Below are positions 26,759 through 36,033 of a stretch of 64,000 bases of DNA, in pieces. The notes under the pieces are model-generated. The model was not told the origin of the DNA, searched no databases, and worked only from the letters and a program-made list of their open reading frames with translations. Position 1 is the first letter of the stretch; each line of letters starts with the position of its first letter. A program made the translations under genes and the position numbers. Source of the stretch: Bacteroidota bacterium (lineage in GTDB: Bacteria; Bacteroidota; Bacteroidia; AKYH767-A; OLB10). The stretch is from NCBI GenBank assembly GCA_029547265.1, contig JAKPPP010000332.1, positions 2,090 to 66,089 on the forward strand, written 5' to 3'.

Positions 26759-27868
26759 ATGAATAAAGAAGATAAGATTTTATATCAGATTGCCTTAACC
26801 ATGATTCCGAATGTCGGTCCTGTTTTGGCTCGTATACTCTTAAGCTATTGCGGTAGCTTAGAAGAAGTTTTCAAGCAAAAGGCGTCTCAGCTGGAGAAGA
26901 TTCCGGATATTGGTCCGAAGACAGCAAGGAGTATAGCTCGTCAGAAAATTTTCCATCTGGCTGAAGCCGAGTTGAAAAACGTTCTTAAGAAAAAAGTGCA
27001 AGTGCTTTTCTTTTTAGATGATGATTTCCCTGCTCGATTAAAAAATTGTAACGATGCTCCTATTTTGCTGTATTTCAAAGGAAACATGGACTTTAACAAA
27101 CACCGATATTTAGGTGTTGTTGGAACAAGGAAATCTTCGGAATATGGGCGATATCTAACCGAAAAATTGGTGGAGGAATGCGCCGGTAAAGACATTATAA
27201 TTGTTAGTGGCATGGCATACGGAATTGATATTTGCGCTCACAAAGCGGCATTAAAATTCGGATTACCAACGGTTGGGGTAATGGCTCATGGGCTCGATAG
27301 AATTTATCCTCCTGAACATACAGAAGTGGCTAGAGATATGACCGTTAAAGGGGGAGTATTAACCGAATACCCATTTAATACTGAACCGGATCGTGAAAAT
27401 TTTCCCTCTCGAAACAGAATTGTTGCCGGTCTTTGTGATGCAATCGTTGTTGTTGAAGCTGCAGAAAAGGGTGGAGCCTTGATTACGGCTGATATCGCGA
27501 ATAGCTATTCGAGAGACGTTTTTGCCTTTCCGGGGAGAGTAAATGATCCCTATAGTTTAGGATGCAATAAGTTTATAAGAGATAATCGAGCAGGATTGAT
27601 TTCCGGCGCAGCCGACCTACTTCGAATGATGAGCTGGGACGAAGACGAGAAAGGGAAAAAGAAGAAGCCTGCTCAGCAGCAATTATTCGTGGAGCTATCG
27701 GAGGAAGAGGAAAAGTTGATGAAGGTTGTTACCCGCGAAAAGCGTGATATCGATAGCATTGCCATTGATGCCGGAATGCCCATGAGCAAGGTTTCGTCGC
27801 TATTGTTTGCTTTAGAAATGAAAGGAGTGATAAGGGCTTATCCCGGAAAACAGTTCGTTCAGGTGTAA
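26759..27868 (+). CDS. dprA: DNA-processing protein DprA
   Basis: IALTMIPNVGP...LGVVGTRKSSEYG...VSGMAYGIDICAHKAAL...TVGVMAHGLDRIYPPEH...FPSRNRIVAGL is the DprA Rossmann-like core. Confidence 0.9.
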   Translation: MNKEDKILYQIALTMIPNVGPVLARILLSYCGSLEEVFKQKASQLEKIPDIGPKTARSIARQKIFHLAEAELKNVLKKKVQVLFFLDDDFPARLKNCNDAPILLYFKGNMDFNKHRYLGVVGTRKSSEYGRYLTEKLVEECAGKDIIIVSGMAYGIDICAHKAALKFGLPTVGVMAHGLDRIYPPEHTEVARDMTVKGGVLTEYPFNTEPDRENFPSRNRIVAGLCDAIVVVEAAEKGGALITADIANSYSRDVFAFPGRVNDPYSLGCNKFIRDNRAGLISGAADLLRMMSWDEDEKGKKKKPAQQQLFVELSEEEEKLMKVVTREKRDIDSIAIDAGMPMSKVSSLLFALEMKGVIRAYPGKQFVQV

Positions 27869-27906
27869 TGAATAATCATTAATTTTGTCGACTTAAATAA
27901 AAGAAG

Positions 27907-29094
27907 ATGTACAATACTCTGAAGCCTGTTCTTGATCAGGAATTAAACGAAATACGCGAAGCAGGATTATATAAGGCAGAACGAATTATCAGTACGCCGC
28001 AAGCTGCCGATATTACAGCAAATGGGAAAGAAGTAATTAATTTCTGTGCAAATAATTACCTCGGATTATCATCTCATCCTAAAGTAATTCAAGCGGCAAT
28101 TGATGCTATTCATACTCACGGATTCGGAATGTCGAGTGTGCGTTTTATTTGTGGAACACAAGACATCCATAAAGATTTAGAGAAAAAAATTGCCGGCTTT
28201 TTAGGCACTGAAGATACAATTCTTTACGCAGCAGCTTTCGATGCAAATGGAGGTGTTTTTGAACCTTTACTCAGCGAGCAAGATGCAATTATCAGTGATG
28301 AGTTGAATCATGCTTCTATCATCGACGGAATTCGTTTGTGCAAGGCACAGCGTAATCGTTATAAGCATAACGACATGAACGATTTAGAGGAGCAATTGAA
28401 AGCTACTCAGCATTTACGTCATCGAATGATTGTTTCTGATGGTGTTTTCTCGATGGATGGAACAATTGCTCAATTGGATAAAATTTGCGATTTGGCCGAT
28501 AAATACAATGCTTTGGTGATGATTGACGAGTGCCATGCAAGCGGATTTATGGGTAAAACCGGACGCGGAACTCACGAATACAGAAATGTAATGGGAAGAG
28601 TTGATATTATAACAGGAACATTAGGGAAGGCATTAGGCGGAGCTATGGGCGGATTTACATCGGGCAAGAAGGAAATTATTGAAATGCTTCGCCAACGTTC
28701 TCGCCCTTACTTATTCTCTAACTCATTGGCACCGTCAATTGTAGGCGCATCAATCGCTGTAATCGATATGTTAAGCGAAACGACTGCTTTGCGTGATAAA
28801 TTATGGGAAAACACCGCTTATTTCAGAAGTGAAATTACAAAAGCAGGATTCGATATTAAGCCTGGTGAGCACCCAATTGTTCCTATTATGCTGTATGAGG
28901 CTAAGTTAGCTCAAGAATTTGCTGCAAAACTCTTAGACGAAGGCATTTATGTTATAGGATTCTTCTACCCGGTAGTTGCTAAGGGGAATGCTCGTATTCG
29001 TGTTCAGATTTCGGCAGGCCATGAACGTCATCATTTGGAAAAAGCGGTAGCAGCTTTTACTAAAATCGGTAAGGAACTCGGTGTAATTAAATAA
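27907..29094 (+). CDS. kbl: Glycine C-acetyltransferase (2-amino-3-ketobutyrate CoA ligase)
   Basis: [14 protein letters not shown]...[16 protein letters not shown]...[13 protein letters not shown]...[10 protein letters not shown] (PLP lysine context). Confidence 0.9.
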   Translation: MYNTLKPVLDQELNEIREAGLYKAERIISTPQAADITANGKEVINFCANNYLGLSSHPKVIQAAIDAIHTHGFGMSSVRFICGTQDIHKDLEKKIAGFLGTEDTILYAAAFDANGGVFEPLLSEQDAIISDELNHASIIDGIRLCKAQRNRYKHNDMNDLEEQLKATQHLRHRMIVSDGVFSMDGTIAQLDKICDLADKYNALVMIDECHASGFMGKTGRGTHEYRNVMGRVDIITGTLGKALGGAMGGFTSGKKEIIEMLRQRSRPYLFSNSLAPSIVGASIAVIDMLSETTALRDKLWENTAYFRSEITKAGFDIKPGEHPIVPIMLYEAKLAQEFAAKLLDEGIYVIGFFYPVVAKGNARIRVQISAGHERHHLEKAVAAFTKIGKELGVIK

Positions 29095-29117
29095 GTTAGC
29101 ATAACAATTCGGGATTC

Positions 29118-29148
29118 TTTGCGAGATTGGTCAATTTCATTAATTTTG
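29118..29148 (+). promoter_or_regulatory. Putative Bacteroidota-type promoter for the tRNA gene
   Basis: TTTG at 29118-29121 and TAATTTTG at 29141-29148 (TAnnTTTG) are separated by 19 nt. The tRNA 5' end lies 14 nt downstream. Confidence 0.45.
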
Positions 29149-29161
29149 CAATCCCAATTCG

Positions 29162-29238
29162 GGGCCTATAGCTCATTCGGTTAGAGCAACAGACTCATAA
29201 TCTGTGGGTGCCTGGTTCGAATCCAGGTGGGCCCACCA
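29162..29238 (+). tRNA. tRNA with CAT anticodon (elongator tRNA-Met, or tRNA-Ile2 if C34 is lysidinylated), CCA encoded
   Basis: Hand-folded cloverleaf: acceptor GGGCCTA/TGGGCCC, D-arm GCTC..GAGC, anticodon arm ACAGA-CTCATAA-TCTGT, T-arm CCTGG-TTCGAAT-CCAGG, discriminator A, then CCA. It is not an initiator, because it has a G1-C72 pair and no GGG/CCC anticodon stem. Confidence 0.85.
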
Positions 29239-29244
29239 ACTAAC

Positions 29245-29279
29245 AAGGAGAAATACATACAAAGTGTTTCTCCTTTTTT
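29245..29279 (+). terminator. Rho-independent terminator after the tRNA
   Basis: AAGGAGAAATAC / GTGTTTCTCCTT stem (12 bp including one G-U) with a 7-nt loop, followed by TTTTT. Confidence 0.75.
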
Positions 29280-29549
29280 ATGACTTTTCCAAAAGATTGC
29301 TCATCTTTACAAAGCTACACTTGCACTATTTGTATAATCAAAAGATTTAAAGTGATAATGTTGTTAATTTTCATTGATTTCGGTCATTTTAAAAAGAGCA
29401 ATAGTATATTTACTTTGAAGATTGATATAAAGCGCAGAGACAGAAGCAATTATTTTTTAGTTAACTTTATAACGATGCTTCTTCTCATGTTTGAGGAGAT
29501 TATGTGATCCTTTGGCTTGCATCGATATATTTGAAAAAATGATATTTGT

Positions 29550-30734
29550 ATGTTAAGTTTTAAATCAGCCAGTGCTAGAGTGGTAAACACCAAAAGAGGT
29601 GTTATTGAATGCATGGAAATTGCTTTGGGGAATCAATATAATGATTGCGATTTGGCAATCTTTCATGCTTCCATCGGACATAATTTTAGTGAGTTAATCA
29701 CTCAAGCCCATGAAATGGCTCCCAATGCAAAAATTTTAGCAGCATCTTGTTGTGGAGTAGTAGGTCGAGAAGGGGTCAGCGAATCAATGAAGGATATTGC
29801 CGTAATGACAATTAAAGGCAATGAATTTACCGTTGCTCATGTTGATGGAATATTCGGACATAATTCTTATGAAAAGTGTTTAGAGATGTCCAAAGACCTC
29901 AAAGCTCGTTCCGGAAAAATTAATATGATTTACTTTTTAGCTTCCGGAATTGACATTGCAAATGATGATTGTATATCAGCTATTGAATCTGTGTTTGGAT
30001 CGGAAGTAACAATTTTCGGAGCAACATCATCAGATAACATGAAAGGATTTATCAGTTATCAAGCAGTAGACAATAAAGTGTATGAACATGCTGCTTTTGC
30101 TATTGGATTTTGGGATGAAACATTAAAAGTAGAAACACAAGCAACACATGGATTTGTAGCTGTTGGTGAGCCAATGATTGTAACAAAATCAGAAGGGCAT
30201 ATAATAAAAGAAATTAATCACAAACCGGCGTGGGAGGAATATCTTACCAAGTTGGTATTGCCAACCGATTCAACCTGTGGCGATTCAATTCCTGTTGGAG
30301 CTTTGGGTGAAAAGTTGTCGCCTAAACTTGCACAAGAATATGGGAATAATCATATTCTTAGAGTTGTAACCAAGCATGTTGGTAGTGAAATGTATTATGC
30401 TACAAAATGTCCGGTAGGAACTGAACTTTGGCTCACATCACGTGATGAGGAATTAATATTTAGTGAGATGGAGCGGATGGTAAATGAAATGAAAAAAAGA
30501 TTGGGAGATAGGAAGACCGTTGCGGTTTTTCACGCCGATTGCCTTGCACGAGGAAGATTCTTGTTTAATAAAATTATTAAAGAAGAATTGGTGAATACTA
30601 TGCAATTTCCATTTTATTCAGACGGCAACTGTCCCCCATGGTTAGGAATGTACGGTTTTGGGGAATTTGCTCGATTAGGTGGCGCTAATACTTACCATAA
30701 TTATACAACAGCTTTGTATGTATTGTACAGATAG
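29550..30734 (+). CDS. FIST domain signal-transduction protein
   Basis: 394-aa soluble protein whose organisation and conserved stretches (FHASIGHNF..., ...IFGATSSDN..., AVFHADCLARG...) fit FIST_N/FIST_C. It lies directly upstream of a sensor kinase. Confidence 0.55.
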   Translation: MLSFKSASARVVNTKRGVIECMEIALGNQYNDCDLAIFHASIGHNFSELITQAHEMAPNAKILAASCCGVVGREGVSESMKDIAVMTIKGNEFTVAHVDGIFGHNSYEKCLEMSKDLKARSGKINMIYFLASGIDIANDDCISAIESVFGSEVTIFGATSSDNMKGFISYQAVDNKVYEHAAFAIGFWDETLKVETQATHGFVAVGEPMIVTKSEGHIIKEINHKPAWEEYLTKLVLPTDSTCGDSIPVGALGEKLSPKLAQEYGNNHILRVVTKHVGSEMYYATKCPVGTELWLTSRDEELIFSEMERMVNEMKKRLGDRKTVAVFHADCLARGRFLFNKIIKEELVNTMQFPFYSDGNCPPWLGMYGFGEFARLGGANTYHNYTTALYVLYR

Positions 30735-30764
30735 TCGATTAGTGACTAACCAAAGTGGAGATAT

Positions 30765-33728
30765 ATGGAAGCTGCATCAGATTATAATAAGCTATTAGGT
30801 GAATATCGAGAATTGCAATTGCGCACTTCTAAATTCGCAAATATTGAGCAGCAACTTATTAATACTCGTGATCGATTAGATCATGAATTAGATCTTTATA
30901 AGCGACTCCATGCATTTAATTCAGAAGCGTTAAAAGATCTTAGTAATCGAAATTTTTCAAGCCTAATTGCAGACGCAATAGTAGATATTTTTGAAATTGA
31001 ATCGGCTATTGTTGTTTATGAAAGTACTGGAAATGAAAAAGAAAAAGTTATAAGTATTGAGGGTCCATTTTTAGATGATTACAACAATGATCAAATTGTT
31101 GATGCAATGTATGTTTTGTCGGAGGTGGTTGACAAAAAACAAACGATTATTGTAAGGAATGATTTAATAAAAAAAATCTCTGTTCTAAATAAATTTAAAG
31201 AAGGACTATTCTTTAGTTTTATAGATAAAGAATTGAACTATTCGGTGTGTCTTGGTGGATTTGTTTCAATAGAAAACTCTCCTCTTTATCAAAAGTTAGC
31301 AGAACGGCATGAAGCGTTTTTTGGAGTTTTCTCTCAGCAAATTCAATCGTTATATTCTAATCGTCAAAAAGGTGAAAAAATTAAAAGTCAAATAAGAAGG
31401 ATATCTGCTTCCGAACTTGAGTTAAGAAAGTTATCTCTTATTGCTACTAAAACTAAGAATGGAGTAATTATTACGGATGACGAAGGACGAATAGAGTGGG
31501 TAAATGAATCTTTTGAAATTACAACCGGGTATAGTCTTTCAGAAATATCAGGGAAAAAACCAAAGGATTTTTTACAACGCAGAGGTGTTGATGAGGATTC
31601 TGCTAAAAAGATTTCATTAGCTTTAAGTAAGAAGGAAAATATTGAGTTGACAATCGTAAATTTTAATAAAGAAGGAAAACAATTTTACAATCAGTTAGAA
31701 ATTACACCTGTTTTCGATAATAATGGAGATCTGATAAATTTCATTGCTCTGCAAAAAGACATAACTGAAGAAACATTAATTAAACAGGAGCTGGTAAAAG
31801 CAAACACTCGATTCGAATTAGTTACAGAAAAAGCTAATATCGGTATTTTTGACCATAATTTCATTACCAATGAATTAGTTTGGAGTGATTTGCTATATTC
31901 ACTTTATGGTATAAAGGCGGAAGAGTTTGACGGAGACTTGTTTGAATTTTGGAAAAATGCAATCTATGAAGGTGACCGTGAAATGATGTTGAATGACCTT
32001 GGAAATGTAATTTCCGGCGAAATTGAAATGAACAATCAGGAATTCAGGATTGTAAGGGGAAGTGACAAATCTATTCGTATTGTCAGAGGATCTATTATTG
32101 CCGAAAAAAACGAAAATGGTGAAGTAATACGGTTACTTGGCTCATCTCAAGATATTACTGAGACAAGACTTGCTGAAAATAAATTAAAAGCTAGTGAAGA
32201 GAAGTATCGAAATATAATCGATAATATGAACTTGGGATTGGTCGAGGTTAGTAAAGATGGGAATGTTTTATTTAGCAATAAAAAATTTGAAGAGTTAACA
32301 TTTTTAGAGAATCCGGAAACACTTGGGCTTCATGGTGATTATGAAGTAGCATTGAATGAAAAAGTGATTTCTAAGATTATAAAATCATATCGAAAAATTT
32401 CAGATAGTGTTTTTGAAATTGAATTTTTAAGAAACGATTCGAAAATAATTTATCTTCTAGTTAGCGCAGCACCTGTTATTAATCAACAAGGAAATATTGA
32501 GGCATATATTAGTATTTACCTCGACATAACTCCAATGAAAATCCTACAGAAGAGTCTGGAAGAAGCGGTTAAAGAAAGAGATGCTGTTCTCGAAATTGTA
32601 AATTCAATGAAATTGTTTTACGAGGGAATTTTGAACCATTCCCCGGCTGAAATTAAGGTTTTAGACCCTGATTTATTTTTGACCTATGCTAATAAAATTA
32701 TGCTTGAGAATGAACCCGCACTTCAAAACAAATTCGGGAGTAACTTTAAAGATATTGAAGTTCCGAATGCTCAAGAAAGATTAAGGTTCGATCGCGTAAT
32801 AGAAAATGTGGAGCAAGCATTAAAGTTGAATAGTATGGTTCAAATGGAAGAGTTAAGGGTTGATAAAAATGGTGAAGAAAGGTGTGTGTTGAAAAACATC
32901 TTGCCCCACTACAACGCCGATGGTGAACTTGATCATATTGTTATTTCAGGTGTCGACATAACTGATTTAAAACGTGTACAAGAGGACGTTTTGAAAAAAA
33001 ATGAGGAGCTTAAAAAAATCAATTCTGAACTCGATAATTTTGTTTATAGTGTTTCACACGATTTGCGTTCTCCATTGTTGTCAATTAAAGGAGTATTGTC
33101 TTTGGTTTTAAATTCCGAAGGACAGAGCGAAAAGAATACACAGTTTTTAAAGTTAGCTGAGAGTTCAGTAATGCGTTTAGATGGAACTATTCAGGAGATA
33201 TTAGAATACTCAAGAAATGCGCGTTTAGATATTGTTCCTGAAAAATTTTATGTGAGCGAAATGGTGAATCATATTTTTAGCGACTTGAAATTTTCTTCAA
33301 AGGATCATATTGATTTCGTTCTTGATATAAAGGGTTCTGATGAAGTTATATCTGATAAATCAAGAATAAACACCTTGTTGAAGAACCTAATTGGGAATTC
33401 AGTGAAGTATCGTCGTACCGATATTCCTGACCCGTATGTGAGCGTAGAGGTGGCGCCCCTCAATAATTATTATGTAATTATAGTATCCGACAATGGAGAA
33501 GGAATCTCTTCGAAAAATATAAATAAAATATTCGACATGTACTATCGAGGATCAAGTTCCAGCGTAGGTACCGGATTAGGATTGTATATTTGTAAAGAGA
33601 TATTAAATAAATTGAATGGTGCCATTACAGTTAAGTCCGAAGTAGGGGTAGGAACCATAATGACGATTACTATTCCCAAAACTAAATTTAATCCAGAAGA
33701 TCAAAATGAAACGATATCTGTTAATTGA
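30765..33728 (+). CDS. Cytoplasmic multi-PAS sensor histidine kinase
   Basis: No TM helix. There are at least four PAS/PAC-like units (e.g. NGVIITDDEGRIEWVNESFEITTGYSLSEISGKKPKDFL; YRNIIDNMNLGLVEVSKDGNVLFSN). HisKA H-box is FVYSVSHDLRSPL. HATPase_c boxes are NLIGNSVKY, DNGEGIS and GTGLGLYICKEIL. Confidence 0.85.
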   Translation: MEAASDYNKLLGEYRELQLRTSKFANIEQQLINTRDRLDHELDLYKRLHAFNSEALKDLSNRNFSSLIADAIVDIFEIESAIVVYESTGNEKEKVISIEGPFLDDYNNDQIVDAMYVLSEVVDKKQTIIVRNDLIKKISVLNKFKEGLFFSFIDKELNYSVCLGGFVSIENSPLYQKLAERHEAFFGVFSQQIQSLYSNRQKGEKIKSQIRRISASELELRKLSLIATKTKNGVIITDDEGRIEWVNESFEITTGYSLSEISGKKPKDFLQRRGVDEDSAKKISLALSKKENIELTIVNFNKEGKQFYNQLEITPVFDNNGDLINFIALQKDITEETLIKQELVKANTRFELVTEKANIGIFDHNFITNELVWSDLLYSLYGIKAEEFDGDLFEFWKNAIYEGDREMMLNDLGNVISGEIEMNNQEFRIVRGSDKSIRIVRGSIIAEKNENGEVIRLLGSSQDITETRLAENKLKASEEKYRNIIDNMNLGLVEVSKDGNVLFSNKKFEELTFLENPETLGLHGDYEVALNEKVISKIIKSYRKISDSVFEIEFLRNDSKIIYLLVSAAPVINQQGNIEAYISIYLDITPMKILQKSLEEAVKERDAVLEIVNSMKLFYEGILNHSPAEIKVLDPDLFLTYANKIMLENEPALQNKFGSNFKDIEVPNAQERLRFDRVIENVEQALKLNSMVQMEELRVDKNGEERCVLKNILPHYNADGELDHIVISGVDITDLKRVQEDVLKKNEELKKINSELDNFVYSVSHDLRSPLLSIKGVLSLVLNSEGQSEKNTQFLKLAESSVMRLDGTIQEILEYSRNARLDIVPEKFYVSEMVNHIFSDLKFSSKDHIDFVLDIKGSDEVISDKSRINTLLKNLIGNSVKYRRTDIPDPYVSVEVAPLNNYYVIIVSDNGEGISSKNINKIFDMYYRGSSSSVGTGLGLYICKEILNKLNGAITVKSEVGVGTIMTITIPKTKFNPEDQNETISVN

Positions 33729-34098
33729 TGATGATGAAATATTTAATTTCTTACATGCGGAGCTTATTCGTAAAGCTGATGATTCTGCCATTATTGATGC
33801 CTTTACTTCTAGTATTGAAGGACTAACATATCTGACAGATTGTGTCAATAAAAAAGAACCACTGCCTGACTTCTTATTCCTCGATATAAGGATGCCTGAA
33901 ATGAATGGCTTTGAATTCCTTAACGAGCTTCTGAAACTCCCAGCAAGTCGTATCGATAACATCAAAATCTTTATGCTTACTTCCTCTTTAGATGAAAGAG
34001 ATCGTAAGACAGCAACCAGTTATGCTGTCGTAAAAGGATTTATTGGTAAGACCTTTTCTATTGAAAGATTAAATGAAATTATTGAGGAGTATAGCTGA
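33706..34098 (+). CDS. Stand-alone response regulator receiver protein
   Basis: LLIDDDE..., the phospho-acceptor context FLDIRMPEMNGFEFL, and MLTSS...K. It overlaps the kinase gene by 23 nt. Confidence 0.85.
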   Translation: MKRYLLIDDDEIFNFLHAELIRKADDSAIIDAFTSSIEGLTYLTDCVNKKEPLPDFLFLDIRMPEMNGFEFLNELLKLPASRIDNIKIFMLTSSLDERDRKTATSYAVVKGFIGKTFSIERLNEIIEEYS

Positions 34099-34164
34099 TT
34101 AGTCCTTAGTGCAAATGGAATTTTGTGATATGCCTGTTGAACTTATTTTCATATTTTCGCAGTC

Positions 34165-34797
34165 ATGAATATTAAGAATATTATTTTCGATTTAGGTGGA
34201 GTAATTATCGACATTGATTATAACCTAGCCGCTGCTGCATTTAAAAATTTAGGTATTGTTGATTTTGATAATTTCTATTCAAAAGCAAAGCAAAGCACTT
34301 TGTTCGACGATTTTGAAAAGGGCATTATTACAAATGCAGAGTTTAGAAGTAATTTGCGTCAATATTTACCTGATAATATTTCCGATCATCAGATCGATGA
34401 TGCATGGAATGCTATGCTTATGGGTATTCCTTCTCATCGAGTTGATTTTTTACGGAAAGTTGCTGAGAAATACAGAATCTTTTTACTGAGCAATACCAAT
34501 CGAATTCATATTGATGCCTTTACTCAGTATAATGACGAGAAGTTCGGTAAAGGATATTTTGAAGATATTTTTGAATATTGCTATTTCTCAAGCGATATTG
34601 CCATGCGTAAACCGGATGCAGAAATCTTCGAATTTGTATTAACAGAGAATGGATTAACAAAAGAGGAAACAATTTTTATTGATGATAGTATTCAGCATGT
34701 TCAAGGTGCTTTAAGCACAGGCATATATGCCGAGCTGTTAAAAGTTGAAGCAGGTGAAACTATCGAGAATAAATATGCTTATCTAATTGAAAATTGA
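34165..34797 (+). CDS. HAD-superfamily hydrolase (subfamily IA)
   Basis: Motif I IIFDLGGVI, motif II LLSNTN, motif IV FIDDS. Confidence 0.75.
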   Translation: MNIKNIIFDLGGVIIDIDYNLAAAAFKNLGIVDFDNFYSKAKQSTLFDDFEKGIITNAEFRSNLRQYLPDNISDHQIDDAWNAMLMGIPSHRVDFLRKVAEKYRIFLLSNTNRIHIDAFTQYNDEKFGKGYFEDIFEYCYFSSDIAMRKPDAEIFEFVLTENGLTKEETIFIDDSIQHVQGALSTGIYAELLKVEAGETIENKYAYLIEN

Positions 34798-34799
34798 TT

Positions 34800-35201
34800 T
34801 TACATTTCTTGGCATAATTCTACCAATACTCCATTCGTGCCTTTAGGGTGTAAGAAACAAACCAATTTATTGTCAGCGCCGTTTTTAGGCTCTTTGTTGA
34901 GTAAAACAAAGCCTTCTTCTTCCAACCTTTTCATTTCTGCACGAATGTCTGCAACATCAAATGCAATATGATGAATTCCTTCTCCCTTTTTTTCAATAAA
35001 TTTAGCAATAGGTGAGTCAGGGTTTGTTGCTTCTAAGAGCTCAATTTTATTCTCTCCAACTTGAAAAAATGATGTCATTACACCTTCCGACTCAACTCCT
35101 TCCATTTTGTAATGAGGAGCATTAAATATTTTCGCGAATAGGGCGTTAGAGTTTTCGAGATTTTTTACTGCAATTCCTATATGTTCAATTTTTAACATCA
35201 T
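34800..35201 (-). CDS. mce: Methylmalonyl-CoA epimerase (VOC/glyoxalase fold)
   Basis: MLKIEHIGIAVKNLE...IELLEATNPDSPIAKFIEKKGEGIHHIAFDV...HPKGTNGVLVELCQ. The internal ATG at 35201/35198 is preferred to the track start 35231. Confidence 0.8.
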   Translation of the reverse strand: MMLKIEHIGIAVKNLENSNALFAKIFNAPHYKMEGVESEGVMTSFFQVGENKIELLEATNPDSPIAKFIEKKGEGIHHIAFDVADIRAEMKRLEEEGFVLLNKEPKNGADNKLVCFLHPKGTNGVLVELCQEM

Positions 35202-35952
35202 CGTTGTTTGGTTCTTTGGGTTTGAAATCATATTGGATTTTTATACTATCCATTGTTTCTTCCGATTCGATTTCGGGTTTTGGTATTTCCTTAGGCGAAG
35301 ATAATTGTTCATCTTGAATAGGTGGCTCTCCTTCAATGAAAATCATTTCAGGTCCATCGTCGTCTTCTAATTCCCAATCATATACTTGTCGTTGAATTCC
35401 GGATTTACGATAATACCATGCAAGTAATGCTCCTGATAACGCACCGAATAAATGCGCTTCCCAACTCATGCCTTCGAATAGCGGAAATAATCCCCATACC
35501 ATACTCCCATAAAGAAATACCACTAAAAGTGATAAAGCCATCATCCCTTTTTCTCTACGAAATACTCCTCCGAAAAATATAAATGAAGCTAGACCGTAAA
35601 TTATACCGCTGGCGCCAATATGATATGCAGGCCTGCCTCCAACCCAAAGCCAGATTCCATGCAATAGCCATATCGAAAAGAATACGCGTAAATATACGTC
35701 ACGGTAAAAGGTAACCATGGCTCCTCCTAACACTAACAAAGGAACAGTATTCGAAAATAAATGTTTTAAGTCGTCGTGTAGGAAAGGCATGAATAAAATT
35801 CCATCGAGATTTTCTAGTGATCGAGGAAATACACCGTGTGCTGCAAATGAAATATTGAAATGCATTTCAATACCTTTTACAATCCATAGAATTGCAACGA
35901 AAATCAGTGGAGGTATAAAATTCTTTATGAGTATTTGCTCTTCTTTTCTCAT
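35185..35952 (-). CDS. Rhomboid-family intramembrane serine protease
   Basis: Six TM helices, HLFSN motif, catalytic GASGIIYG and a downstream AHLFGALSG. It has an acidic C-terminal tail. Confidence 0.85.
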   Translation of the reverse strand: MRKEEQILIKNFIPPLIFVAILWIVKGIEMHFNISFAAHGVFPRSLENLDGILFMPFLHDDLKHLFSNTVPLLVLGGAMVTFYRDVYLRVFFSIWLLHGIWLWVGGRPAYHIGASGIIYGLASFIFFGGVFRREKGMMALSLLVVFLYGSMVWGLFPLFEGMSWEAHLFGALSGALLAWYYRKSGIQRQVYDWELEDDDGPEMIFIEGEPPIQDEQLSSPKEIPKPEIESEETMDSIKIQYDFKPKEPNNDDVKN

Positions 35953-36033
35953 GATTACCGGATTCTGTAAAATTACAACAAAAACAGCGACCCTTATTCG
36001 GAGTCGCTGCCAGTTTGGTTTATATAATGAGTA

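Noticed and set aside
29104-29161. The imperfect inverted repeat AATTCGGGATT / AATCCCAATT bracketing the tRNA promoter.
   Set aside because: The arms pair only with a bulge, and the distance of about 35 nt spans the promoter itself. I cannot separate it from chance without comparative data.
29280-29507. The 75-aa ORF in the AT-rich gap after the tRNA.
   Set aside because: The composition is driven by AT-rich DNA (Ile/Phe/Lys/Leu-rich), it has no recognisable features, and it starts inside the terminator T-run. It is most likely non-coding promoter or spacer DNA for the FIST operon.
29162-34797. A genomic island integrated at the tRNA(CAT) 3' end.
   Set aside because: There is no integrase, transposase or phage gene. 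I could not find a second copy of the tRNA 3' end (GGTTCGAATCCAGGTGGGCCCA) downstream by eye, and I saw no obvious compositional break. The downstream genes are ordinary signalling genes.
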